Source of the DNA: Kiritimatiellia bacterium
Lineage (GTDB): Bacteria; Verrucomicrobiota; Kiritimatiellia; JAAZAB01
Length of the DNA stretch: 64,000 nt
Direction of reading: 5' to 3'
Assembly (NCBI GenBank): GCA_028715905.1
Contig: JAQUQV010000003.1
Location: forward strand, 10,066 to 74,065
Under the pieces are notes generated by a model. That model did not search any database. It worked only from the letters and a program-made list of their open reading frames with translations, and was not told where the DNA came from. Positions 19,223-27,917 of this stretch are shown piece by piece. Each line of letters begins with the position of its first letter. Position 1 is the stretch's first letter. Both the position numbers and the translations under genes were made by a program.

Positions 19223-19846
19223 ATGCGCCTGAAAAGACATGCCGCGGCGTTTTCCGTGGTTTTAGTCCTTTCCCTTGTCTTCGGCGCCTGGGAAATATGG
19301 AAATATCAGTTTGTGCCCAAGCGCTTCGGCATCGTGGAGCAAGGGAAAATCTTCCGGAGCGGGCGCATCGCGCCGCGCCTGGCTGATAAAACCATTCAGA
19401 AGCGCGGTATAAAAGTCATTGTTGATCTTACGGACGATTTTAATCCGCATGCCCCCGTCTGCCTGGCCGAGACGGAAGCGGCGGAAAAATACGGCATTAC
19501 CCGGCACAATTTTCCTTTACGCGGCGACGGCACCGGCAATATCACCAATTACGCCAAGGCGATTGCCGTTATCATGCAAAGCCGGAAAGAAGGCAAGCCG
19601 GTACTGGTGCATTGCGCCGCCGGCGTCCAGCGTACCGGCGGGGTGATGGCCGCCTACCGTCTTCTGGTTGAAAAACAGCTTCCCGCGACCGCTTACGCCG
19701 AACTGGTCCGCTACGGGTGGAAAGCCAGGAAAGACAAAATTCTGCTGGAATATCTGAACGCCCGCCTGCCGGAATTAAACGCTCTCCTCCAGGACATGGG
19801 GGTAATCCGCCGTGAAAGGCGCGCGATCCCTGAAATTAAGCCGTGA
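19223..19846 (+). CDS. Cys-X5-Arg protein phosphatase (dual-specificity/tyrosine phosphatase family)
   Basis: Catalytic P-loop VHCAAGVQRTGG. Trimmed to MRLKRH with an N-terminal TM/signal. Confidence 0.7.
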   Translation: MRLKRHAAAFSVVLVLSLVFGAWEIWKYQFVPKRFGIVEQGKIFRSGRIAPRLADKTIQKRGIKVIVDLTDDFNPHAPVCLAETEAAEKYGITRHNFPLRGDGTGNITNYAKAIAVIMQSRKEGKPVLVHCAAGVQRTGGVMAAYRLLVEKQLPATAYAELVRYGWKARKDKILLEYLNARLPELNALLQDMGVIRRERRAIPEIKP

Positions 19847-20082
19847 TTCGGGCGGGGCCGCCCGGCCTGTTTTCGGTTTCAATTCTCTTCAATGGCGCCC
19901 TTGAAATCCTCGGCCAGGGGCCGCGGCGTTGAGCGCCTCATAATCGTGGTAGCCCTGAAGCACGGTCTGAATCACTCCGTTCCTGTCCGCAAAGATGGGG
20001 GTGGGGATTGCGCGGATATCCTCGTAGGGCGACGGCATTATCAGTTGTGTCCGTCATGCTTTGTCCTTTCGGTTGCTGATCC

Positions 20083-21366
20083 TCAAAAGTTTTGGTTGAT
20101 TTTCACGGGCGATTGTTCGCGTTTGCCCCGGACAATGATGGCCCGCGCGGGCAGGGCCGGGCATTGGCTCTCGCAGGCGCCGCATCCGCGGCATATTTCC
20201 TCTCTTACCTCCGGACAGTTCACCCCCTCGTGTTTAACAATGGAGACGGCCTGGTAGGGGCAGAATTCCTGGCAGACCATACAGTCCTGCCGGTCGTTCC
20301 AGGCCAGGCACAATGATTTGTCAATATGCGCCGTGCCGATTGCAAGCAGACGTTTCTGCTCGGGCGAAAAACGGCGGATGGCGGATGTCGGACACGCCCG
20401 CAGGCATTTCGCGCACCATTCGTTGCAATAATGCCCGCGATCGTATTTTAAAACAGGCGTCAGCAGCCCGCGCAGGCCGCTTGCGCCGAAATCCGGGACA
20501 ATGATGTTTTCGGGGCAGACGTTTATGCAATTGCCGCAGCGCGCGCAGAGGCCGGTGAAAATATCTTCGCGCACGGCGCCCGGCGGACGGACAACCGCCG
20601 CCCTCGTTTTCCTGGCGGTAAAAGCCCAGCCCGCGATTCCGCCCAGGCAGGTCATCAGGAAAACGCGGCGCTGGATGCCTTTTGCGGGGGGCGCGGGCTT
20701 AATTTCATTTGTTTGCGCAATATCTTCGGCCAGTCCGGAAGAATTGGTTTTTCCGCAGGCTTGCGAAGCGGGGCGGCAGCAATCCAAATGATGATATAAG
20801 GTGCTCCCGGCTGTGCCGAGGAATTGCTGGGCCGCCCCGAGCGGACACAGCCAGCGGCACCACACGTTCGGCCGGAGGAAATTGAGGATAAGCAGGGCGA
20901 GAAATGGAATCGCCGCGGCGAAAACTTTCCATTCGTTGGGTTTCCATCGCAGGGCGTTGAAAAAACCGCTCAATATTTGCAGGGGATCCAGGATTGTCAG
21001 CAGGGGATAACCGGCCGCGGCCATGCCGATGCCGGTTATGAGCAGCCATTTGCCGATATGCGGACAGCCGGCCGGCGGTTGTTGCCCGGCCCGCCGGCGG
21101 AAAGCGGCAAGTTCCAGGATGAACCCGGTGGGGCACAGGTGCCAGCAGAACCAGCGGCGCTTGAAAATGGCAAGAATGACAAGCGGCAGGCCCAGCAGCC
21201 CCAGCCATGCCGGATGACGGCTTCCCATGGCCGCACTCAATGACACAAAAGGGCTGATGGCGGAAATGCCGGCCATGATTGTCGGCCATTGCGCGAAAGG
21301 AAGAAAAGGCAACGCAACCCCGGCCAGCGCCAGGCTTCGCATGCTTAATCGTAAATATGTCCGCAT
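20083..21366 (-). CDS. membrane-bound polyferredoxin (NapH/MauN-like; four 4Fe-4S CxxCxxCxxxCP motifs)
   Basis: N-terminal TM helices with Cys pairs, internal RRVFLMTCLGG twin-arginine-like segment, four ferredoxin motifs. Confidence 0.78.
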   Translation of the reverse strand: MRTYLRLSMRSLALAGVALPFLPFAQWPTIMAGISAISPFVSLSAAMGSRHPAWLGLLGLPLVILAIFKRRWFCWHLCPTGFILELAAFRRRAGQQPPAGCPHIGKWLLITGIGMAAAGYPLLTILDPLQILSGFFNALRWKPNEWKVFAAAIPFLALLILNFLRPNVWCRWLCPLGAAQQFLGTAGSTLYHHLDCCRPASQACGKTNSSGLAEDIAQTNEIKPAPPAKGIQRRVFLMTCLGGIAGWAFTARKTRAAVVRPPGAVREDIFTGLCARCGNCINVCPENIIVPDFGASGLRGLLTPVLKYDRGHYCNEWCAKCLRACPTSAIRRFSPEQKRLLAIGTAHIDKSLCLAWNDRQDCMVCQEFCPYQAVSIVKHEGVNCPEVREEICRGCGACESQCPALPARAIIVRGKREQSPVKINQNF

Positions 21367-21374
21367 TTATTGAT

Positions 21375-22283
21375 TCAAACGTTGCCGTGTTCAATCCTGA
21401 CCTGGCTCAGGTCGCCGCAGCCTATGCCCATTTCGTGGGCGATTTTTATATGGCGGATGGAAAACGGTTCTTTTTTAAAAAGCGTGGCCGCGTAGGCGTC
21501 CACGGCCACGGGATCCGTTCCGAAAATAATCTGGTCCGGATAAGCCAGCTTGCCCGGCCCCCGCGGCCCATTGGTCAGCAGAATCCGGGTGGCATCCACA
21601 ATGATCAATTTCGGTTTTATCAGGGTGCTGCAATCGGCTATGCATTGATGCAGGTTGTTGCGGTGCCAGAAACCCCGGTCATTTACCGACCCCATCCAGT
21701 TTTTCATGGAAATGGTCAGTCCCGCGCCGCCGTGGCTTTTTGCGACCGGCATGTTGATCAGGCATTCGGCGTCCAGCACTTCTCCGACCGCTTCAATCTC
21801 TTTCAGCGACACCCCTTTTGATATTTTCACCCGGCGAAAGTCCCGCGGCGCCGGGGCATAAAGTTTTCCGCCGGATTTTTCGGCCGCCGCGGCGAGGCCG
21901 CTGCGGCGGAATGATTCCTTCGCCGGAGAACAGGTTTTTTCGGGGAGAAGCACCTCGCGGGCGCCGTTCAGGCGGCACTGCCGGATGCATTCCTCCGCCA
22001 AGGCCGGGTTGGTATTGCCTCCCTCTTCCGGCGAACTGGCCCAGGCCGCGTTTACTTTCAACACAACGCGCCCCCCCGGTTTTACAAATGATTTCCATCC
22101 GCCCATCCTGGCGATGCCGGCGGCCAGCATGCCGGCGATATTCTTGCCGTGGATCACGTAAAGCGCCGGTTTTGCGTCCGGCTGCAGGACTTGCGCCCGG
22201 ATGACGCCCGGCAGGCAGATAATGCCGGCCGTGCCGGCGCAGGCGCGCGCGATAAATTCCCGGCGGGTTATGCTGTTTTTCAT
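21375..22283 (-). CDS. DUF362 domain protein with Tat signal peptide
   Basis: Trimmed to MKNSITRREFIARACAGTAGI (twin-arginine). DUF362 proteins often partner with ferredoxins. Stop lies 9 nt before the polyferredoxin start. Confidence 0.7.
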   Translation of the reverse strand: MKNSITRREFIARACAGTAGIICLPGVIRAQVLQPDAKPALYVIHGKNIAGMLAAGIARMGGWKSFVKPGGRVVLKVNAAWASSPEEGGNTNPALAEECIRQCRLNGAREVLLPEKTCSPAKESFRRSGLAAAAEKSGGKLYAPAPRDFRRVKISKGVSLKEIEAVGEVLDAECLINMPVAKSHGGAGLTISMKNWMGSVNDRGFWHRNNLHQCIADCSTLIKPKLIIVDATRILLTNGPRGPGKLAYPDQIIFGTDPVAVDAYAATLFKKEPFSIRHIKIAHEMGIGCGDLSQVRIEHGNV

Positions 22284-22367
22284 AATTAAATGAAAACGCG
22301 CAATTATTTGATTTAAGCGTACCTGAAGAACGGCCGTCAGGCAAGTAGAAATCAATGCGATTCCCGT

Positions 22368-22460
22368 CTAAGGGGCAGTGCCGCCATCCAAAACTTTCCC
22401 GGCTGGCGATCCGCCGGTCTTATTTAAACTTCTACGCAAAAGTGTATCATGTTTAAATGG
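22368..22460 (-). repeat. repeat family A, copy 2, facing the DUF362 gene
   Basis: Near-identical to 15215-15309. Lies about 85 nt upstream of the DUF362 ATG. Confidence 0.6.
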
Positions 22461-22496
22461 CGCTAAAATCGGGCGGCGGGGGGCGGGGGAGACCGG

Positions 22497-23645
22497 CTAC
22501 GGCAAAAAGGCGCCTTTTTTGATTTTTACAGGCAAATATTTTTCCAGCACGTAATTGAGGCCGTGTTTGGCAAAGGCCTGCTGCTCAATGCGCACGCCCA
22601 TGGAAAGCATCTGCTCCAGCGCGGCCTGCCATTCCTTGTGGTGTTTAATGAAGGGATCGTTTTTCAGCGCGTCCCTGGCGCGTTTAATGTCGTTTTCCTC
22701 CAGCGGGTGGGTGGCGTCCTTGAGGTCAAAGTCAATGATGTCCTGCGGGGTGACGCCGAGATAGTGGACCTGCGGCACGCAGAAGAACTGGTTGATGTGC
22801 GCGGCCTGGCCCGAGCCGACCTTGAGCGTCCGGTAGATGTTGCAGTAGCCGTACGGGTCGCCGTCGGTGAATGCCAGCACCGGCAGGCGGCGGTCGTCGC
22901 AGAGGCGGCGGATGAACCGGCGGCAGGCGCGGGTCGGAACTCCGCTCATTGAAATCAGGATGCAGTTCGCCTTTTCATAGTAGCGGTGGTGCACCAGACG
23001 TTGAAAGAGCGAGGCAGTCTCAATTACCAGCACGAATTTCGCCTTTGTCTCAAAACGCAGGTGCTCAACCTGGGAGGGAATGCTCCATGCGCCGGTGCCG
23101 AGCCGTTCGCAGTTGATCCTGATTTCGTCCCGCGTGCCGGGATCAACATCAATGACCGTGAGCGGACCGGTAACTTCGCCGCCGCGCTCCTCGGGAATAT
23201 AACCGAGTTGTTCGCGGTTGACGGCGAGCATGGCTTCCATGTCGTCCAACAGCGAGTCGCTTTCCGGCTGTTCGTTGAACCGGCATTCGCCCCAGCTTTT
23301 GCTGTTGTAATAAATTTCGCGCTTCCCGGCGATGTCGTTCTTGTCCAGCAGGTCGTTCTTGGTGGTGGCCAGCAGGCGCATGGACTGGGCGAAAGTTTTG
23401 ACCGTGTTGTAGGAGAGCGTGCGCGTCGCCGTTTTGTTGAGGATTTCAAAATGGCCCTTGCGCGGGTCGTACTTGACGTTGCTCAGGGAGCGGATCGGGA
23501 AACGCATTTTTGGGCGGGTGTTTTTTTTGACAATATCCGCGTAAATATCGCCGGCCGTCCGCGTGATTTTAGCGGCGGCGTCTTTTTTGGAGACGATATT
23601 GTATTTTGCTGTGTTTAATTTTACGGTGTCTGACGTCTTTGCCAT
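22497..23645 (-). CDS. top6A: DNA topoisomerase VI subunit A (Spo11/Top6A family)
   Basis: CAP domain with catalytic-Tyr motif GKREIYY, Toprim Glu (VLVIETASLF) and DxD (FTDGDPYGY). GAGGAAAAAC ATG Shine-Dalgarno. Confidence 0.85.
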   Translation of the reverse strand: MAKTSDTVKLNTAKYNIVSKKDAAAKITRTAGDIYADIVKKNTRPKMRFPIRSLSNVKYDPRKGHFEILNKTATRTLSYNTVKTFAQSMRLLATTKNDLLDKNDIAGKREIYYNSKSWGECRFNEQPESDSLLDDMEAMLAVNREQLGYIPEERGGEVTGPLTVIDVDPGTRDEIRINCERLGTGAWSIPSQVEHLRFETKAKFVLVIETASLFQRLVHHRYYEKANCILISMSGVPTRACRRFIRRLCDDRRLPVLAFTDGDPYGYCNIYRTLKVGSGQAAHINQFFCVPQVHYLGVTPQDIIDFDLKDATHPLEENDIKRARDALKNDPFIKHHKEWQAALEQMLSMGVRIEQQAFAKHGLNYVLEKYLPVKIKKGAFLP

Positions 23646-23759
23646 GTTTTTCCTCAAGTGCTGAATCTTTCTGATTTTCGGATATTTCTCGCCTGCTCTC
23701 CCGGCCTCCCGGAGAATCGGGAAGCGCAAGGCGTTCGCTTTTCTGTGAGGGTCATTCTG

Positions 23760-25505
23760 CTATTGTTCCAGATGCGTCCTTTCCAGCATCTTTTGCAGTT
23801 TGTGCAACACGGCTTTTTCCTGCCGGTCGTCAAATTCCAGGATTTGTTTCAGACCCAGCGCCAGATGGGGCAGGTAGAGCTCAATGTAATTCCGCTTGCG
23901 CTCCAGTTCCGCCTGGCGCCGCCGCCGGCTCAAATAGACCGCCAGCCGCCGGCCGCATTCCTGAAGGGCAAAAACTATTTCGCGGATGATTTCCGGGTAA
24001 TGCGCGATGGCCTCCTTGCTTTCGCTGGTGAAGGGCACCCAAACGCTGGCGATATGGACCATGATCACCAGCGGTCCCAGCGGCAGAGAGCCGGAAGGCT
24101 GGGCGAGGTGATAGCTTTTCCAATTGATGGCGGAGACCGCCTTGGTGATGGCGCAGGCGCCGCCCATGTAAAGCATCGGAACCTTGTTGGCGAAACGCAG
24201 GACGCGGGCCGGCTCTTCCGCGCCGAGTCCCTGGGCGGCGTCCGGCTTGGCGTAGGCGATTCCCGCCTCAATCTGGAAGGGATTGCCGCGGTAGACCTCC
24301 GGACTGCGCGTGACGGACGTGTAGAAATCGGCCTTGATTTCCTTCTCCAGCCCGGCGATTATTTCCTTTTCGCCGATCGGCGAGAGGCAGTCGGTCGGCG
24401 GCCGCATCAACTTGGTTTCGCCGATGGCCTTGAAGAGCGCCTCGCTTTCGCGGTGCGCGATCTGGGCCGGCCGCTCCTTAGGGGCTAATCCGGCCCGCTC
24501 GCAGATTTCCTTCGCCACGCGGTCGCTGATCCGCGAGAAATCGTGCTGCAGGGCGGCCTTGAGGGATTTATGGGGGGTGTCTTTCAGCATCTGGATAAGC
24601 ATGCCCAGCTCAACGCCGTGGGGATGCGGCTTGATTTCAAAGGGCTGGACCGGGGTTTTGTGCGTGGCCCGCGCAAAGGTGGTCCACGGCGCCGTCCCTT
24701 TTTCCCCGGGAACGTCCTTTTCCTTTCCCGGCTCAGCCGCGCTGATGCGGTAATGCAGTTGAAGGTGGGGGTTGACGATGGCGCATTGTTTCAGGTATTC
24801 ATCCACGGAAAGTTTGCCGCGCGCGTAGGCCGCCTCCATTTCAATGGCCACGCAGGTGCCGTGCCTGGCGGTTGCCGCCCCGCCCGTTTCGCCGCCGGCG
24901 AATTCCGGCGTCCATTCCAGTTCCTGGTCCTTGAGGATGACCGGCTTGTTCTGGCGCGTGTCAATCTGCACTTCAAGGTGGTGGCCGGTTTTTGAATTTT
25001 TTGTCCGGGACTTTATGACGGTCGGCTTGCCGGTGGTCAACTGCCCGTACATTCCGGCGGCGCTGATGCCGATGCCCTGCTGGCCGCGCGACATGCGCAG
25101 GCGGTGGAACTTTGAGCCGTAAAGCAGCTTGGCGAATATTTTCGGGATCTGGTTGCGCAGGATGCCCGGTCCATTGTCGGTAACCGATACCACGAAACGT
25201 TTGGCGGCGGTCTGCCGGATTTCAACGCCGATTTCCGGCAGGATGCCGGCTTCGTCGCAGGCGTCCAGGGAATTGTCAACCGCTTCCTTGACGGCGGTCA
25301 GGAGCGCCTTGCGCGGGTTGTCAAAACCCAGCAGGTGGCGGTTTTTGAGAAAAAATTCGGAGACCGATATTTCCCGCTGGCTGGCGGCCATGCTTTCGGC
25401 GGTGGCGCCGGAGTCCGCCGGCGGCCGGGCACGGCCGGATTGGCGGCCGGCATTGTTTTTTACGTTTTTGCCGGGCGCGGTTTGCCTGAAAGTTTTTTTC
25501 CTCAT
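23760..25505 (-). CDS. top6B: DNA topoisomerase VI subunit B (GHKL ATPase plus transducer)
   Basis: Bergerat-fold motifs (EAVDNSLDA.., DNGPGI, GxxGxG-like QGIGISAAGMYG). N-terminus ..EISVSEFF.. is typical of Top6B. The start may instead be the Met at 25391. Confidence 0.85.
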   Translation of the reverse strand: MRKKTFRQTAPGKNVKNNAGRQSGRARPPADSGATAESMAASQREISVSEFFLKNRHLLGFDNPRKALLTAVKEAVDNSLDACDEAGILPEIGVEIRQTAAKRFVVSVTDNGPGILRNQIPKIFAKLLYGSKFHRLRMSRGQQGIGISAAGMYGQLTTGKPTVIKSRTKNSKTGHHLEVQIDTRQNKPVILKDQELEWTPEFAGGETGGAATARHGTCVAIEMEAAYARGKLSVDEYLKQCAIVNPHLQLHYRISAAEPGKEKDVPGEKGTAPWTTFARATHKTPVQPFEIKPHPHGVELGMLIQMLKDTPHKSLKAALQHDFSRISDRVAKEICERAGLAPKERPAQIAHRESEALFKAIGETKLMRPPTDCLSPIGEKEIIAGLEKEIKADFYTSVTRSPEVYRGNPFQIEAGIAYAKPDAAQGLGAEEPARVLRFANKVPMLYMGGACAITKAVSAINWKSYHLAQPSGSLPLGPLVIMVHIASVWVPFTSESKEAIAHYPEIIREIVFALQECGRRLAVYLSRRRRQAELERKRNYIELYLPHLALGLKQILEFDDRQEKAVLHKLQKMLERTHLEQ

Positions 25506-25592
25506 AAGCGGAAGGAAACGATAAGGAAAATACGCAAAAAAACAATTAAAAATTGACAATAAAACGCGAATATATAACAATAATTTTTTACC

Positions 25593-25650
25593 AGCGGGCA
25601 ATGCCCGCTTGAGTGAAAGCGAATATTGCACGATTCTCTTGCAATATTCA
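25593..25650 (-). repeat. repeat family C, copy 2 (reverse orientation on the plus strand; faces top6B)
   Basis: GCGGGCAATGCCCGC..linker..GAATATTGCACGATTCTCTTGCAATATTC; the linker is the reverse complement of the copy 1 linker. Confidence 0.5.
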
Positions 25651-25659
25651 GGCATTAAC

Positions 25660-25881
25660 ATGTTTATTTCCGGATTAACTTCGGTAACATTCCGCAAACT
25701 TTCCTGCCGGAAAGTGGCCGCCCTGGTGAAAAAAGCCGGTTTGGCCGCCATTGAGTGGGGCGGGGAAGTGCACGTGCCGCACGGCGATATTGCCCGCGGG
25801 AAGTGTTTTTTATTGCCTTTCGGGTCTTGTTTGGCGATATTACTTCCCTGTGTTGCCTCAAGGCCGCCCGGAAAGGGATAG
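25660..25881 (+). pseudogene. probable N-terminal remnant (about 48 aa) of a xylose-isomerase-like TIM-barrel (sugar phosphate isomerase/epimerase) gene
   Basis: MFISGLTSVTFRKLSCRKVAALVKKAGLAAIEWGGEVHVP resembles the N-terminus of that family (compare the intact paralog at 29071-29868). Similarity stops after about 50 aa, and the ORF ends 3 nt before lpxA. Confidence 0.3.
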
Positions 25882-25884
25882 TGT

Positions 25885-26685
25885 ATGACCCAAATTCATC
25901 AGACCGCCGTAGTGCATAAAAACTCCGAAATAGGCGAAAACGTTGTCATCGGCCCTTACGCGGTCATTGACGAGCAGACGCAGATTGCCGACGGGGTTAA
26001 AATCGGCCCGCACGTTGTTGTTCATAAACATGTTTCGCTTGGCGGAAACTGCGTCGTGCATGCCCATGCGGTTCTCGGCGACCTGCCCCAGGATCTTGTT
26101 TATCAAGACGTTGTGAGTTATGTCCGGGTCGGAGCGGGAACAACCATTCGCGAAGGCGTTACCATCCACCGCGGCACAAAGGCCGAAACGACCACCGCGG
26201 TCGGAGAAAATTGTTACCTGATGGCCAACTCGCATCTGGCGCACAATGTGCGGCTTGGCGATAACGTCGTTTTGGCAAACGGAGCCCTTCTGGCCGGTTA
26301 TGTTGAAGTCGGCGAACGCGCATTCATCAGCGGGAACTGCGTCATTCATCAGTTCGTGCGGATTGGCCGTCTGGCCATGCTGGGGGGCAACAGCGGCCTC
26401 AGCCAGGACGTGCCGCCGTTCTGCACCGCGGCCAGCGTGCATTTGAACGCGCTGGCCGGGATCAACGTGGTCGGTCTGCGCCGGGCCGGCATTTCCGCCC
26501 CCGACCGCCTGATTATCAAGCGCGTTTTTGCGGTTCTTTTCCGCTCGGGCCTTAATGTTTCCCAGGCGGTTGAGAAAATCCGGCGGGAGGAACAATCTCC
26601 GTACGCGCGCGAAATATGCGATTTTATCGCCGCCTCCAAAAGGGGCGTATGCGCCGCCAGGATTTCCGGCGAAAACGGCGAATAG
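25885..26685 (+). CDS. lpxA: acyl-ACP--UDP-N-acetylglucosamine O-acyltransferase
   Basis: Left-handed beta-helix hexapeptide repeats plus the LpxA C-terminal helical domain; 266 aa. Confidence 0.9.
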   Translation: MTQIHQTAVVHKNSEIGENVVIGPYAVIDEQTQIADGVKIGPHVVVHKHVSLGGNCVVHAHAVLGDLPQDLVYQDVVSYVRVGAGTTIREGVTIHRGTKAETTTAVGENCYLMANSHLAHNVRLGDNVVLANGALLAGYVEVGERAFISGNCVIHQFVRIGRLAMLGGNSGLSQDVPPFCTAASVHLNALAGINVVGLRRAGISAPDRLIIKRVFAVLFRSGLNVSQAVEKIRREEQSPYAREICDFIAASKRGVCAARISGENGE

Positions 26686-26782
26686 ATTTTAGAGCGGCCA
26701 TGCCGCCAGGCGGATATGTTCTGCCTTCTTTCCTTTTTGCCGGTTGCGGCCGTCTTGTTTTGATCCCGTTCCGCGCCGGCGG

Positions 26783-27556
26783 CTAAAAATTGATTGTTGA
26801 AGCTTTCTTTTTGTACTGGCCGGGGGTTTGGCCGGTGTGCTTTTTAAAGAAGCGATAGAAACTCTCAACGTTTTCAAATCCGCATTGATAACTGATTTCC
26901 TTGATATTGCCGCTCCCCTTTACCAGCAGCTGCTTGCTTTCGGTCAGGCGGAACGCATTCAAATAAGCGTGCGGACTGTTTGCCAGATGTTTTTTGAACA
27001 GCAGGAAGAGATGCGCTTCGCTTACGCCTGAATATTCCGCGACCTCCGCCACGGAGATGGCCGCGTGATAGTTGTTTCTGATATATTCCAGGGCTTTGTT
27101 CAGGGCGGGAGGCAGCCGGTTGTCCGTTTCCGTTTCATGGCTGGACAAGGCCTCCCACCGGAGGCGGGAATAGGCATAAATGCCCAACAGTTTGTGCGGG
27201 ACGGTTTTTCCGAGAAAAGCCCTGAGTATGGTGAAGGCGAATTTCCTTACTTCGTAATTGTCGGACCAATATGAACATCTTGCCGTATGCCGCTGCCCGG
27301 TATTGCCGGTTTTGAAAAGCAGCGCCAGGCATTGGTAAGGAAACTCCGGGTTGTTGTCATAGACCGAGAAGTCGCCGGGAATATGCCAGAACATATGGCC
27401 GCATCCGTGTGCCGCGCGGCCGGCGCCTTCGCCAAAATACACTTCCCCGTCAGTCAGCAGTTCAATGTACTCATGCTTTACCGGAATCTTTACCGGCGTG
27501 ATGCGCTTATGATGCGGCGCTTTATAATAAAACACCCGTTTGAGAATAATATCCAT
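26783..27556 (-). CDS. AraC family transcriptional regulator (cupin sensor plus HTH)
   Basis: C-terminal AraC HTH (..ISYQCGFENVESFYRFFKKHTGQTPGQY..). Confidence 0.85.
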   Translation of the reverse strand: MDIILKRVFYYKAPHHKRITPVKIPVKHEYIELLTDGEVYFGEGAGRAAHGCGHMFWHIPGDFSVYDNNPEFPYQCLALLFKTGNTGQRHTARCSYWSDNYEVRKFAFTILRAFLGKTVPHKLLGIYAYSRLRWEALSSHETETDNRLPPALNKALEYIRNNYHAAISVAEVAEYSGVSEAHLFLLFKKHLANSPHAYLNAFRLTESKQLLVKGSGNIKEISYQCGFENVESFYRFFKKHTGQTPGQYKKKASTINF

Positions 27557-27786
27557 GCTCGTTGCCATCCCGTGTAAAATTCGCGGCTTAACGGCAACAA
27601 ATAATGGTTTTGTTCAATTATGTCAAGGCATAGGAATTTTCCGCCGGAGGCGGATCCGCCTACGGCGGAAAATCTTGCCGCAAAAAAGCACAAAATCGGG
27701 GTGGGCGCCGAACTTCTGTTCGGCGATTGCGCGCCGTGGCAGGCAGGAGCCGAACCCCTGTTCGGCGATGTATATTTTATTATCCG

Positions 27787-27870
27787 GAATCGCCGCATGG
27801 GGATGCGGCTACCGCGCCGCTCAAAAGTTGCTGTCTTTGGCGGGCCCAATCCGGGGCGGATATTCAGGGG
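27787..27870. repeat. repeat family B, copy 1 (GAATCGCCGCATGGGGATGCGG...CTTTGGCGG...ATTCAGGGG), immediately 3' of the Gfo/Idh/MocA gene
   Basis: Shares a 24 nt near-identical head, CTCAAA, GTTGC, CTTTGGCGG and an ATTCAGGGG tail with 37339-37411. Confidence 0.5.
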
Positions 27871-27917
27871 CGGCAAACGAATGAATTGAACGCAAGACAG
27901 GGCGGCGCGCGGGTTTT

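Noticed and set aside
19889-20038. 49-codon minus-strand ORF (MPSPYEDIRAIPTPIFADRNGVIQTVLQGYHDYEALNAAAPG...) resembling a thioredoxin C-terminus
   Set aside because: Too short, with no convincing Shine-Dalgarno and an in-frame stop immediately upstream. It is possibly a decayed fragment, and the evidence is insufficient to call a gene.
25391-25505. Alternative top6B start at the Met at 25391 (MAASQREISVSEFF)
   Set aside because: Neither candidate has a Shine-Dalgarno, so this is not resolved. The longer form was kept in the feature list; either start is possible.
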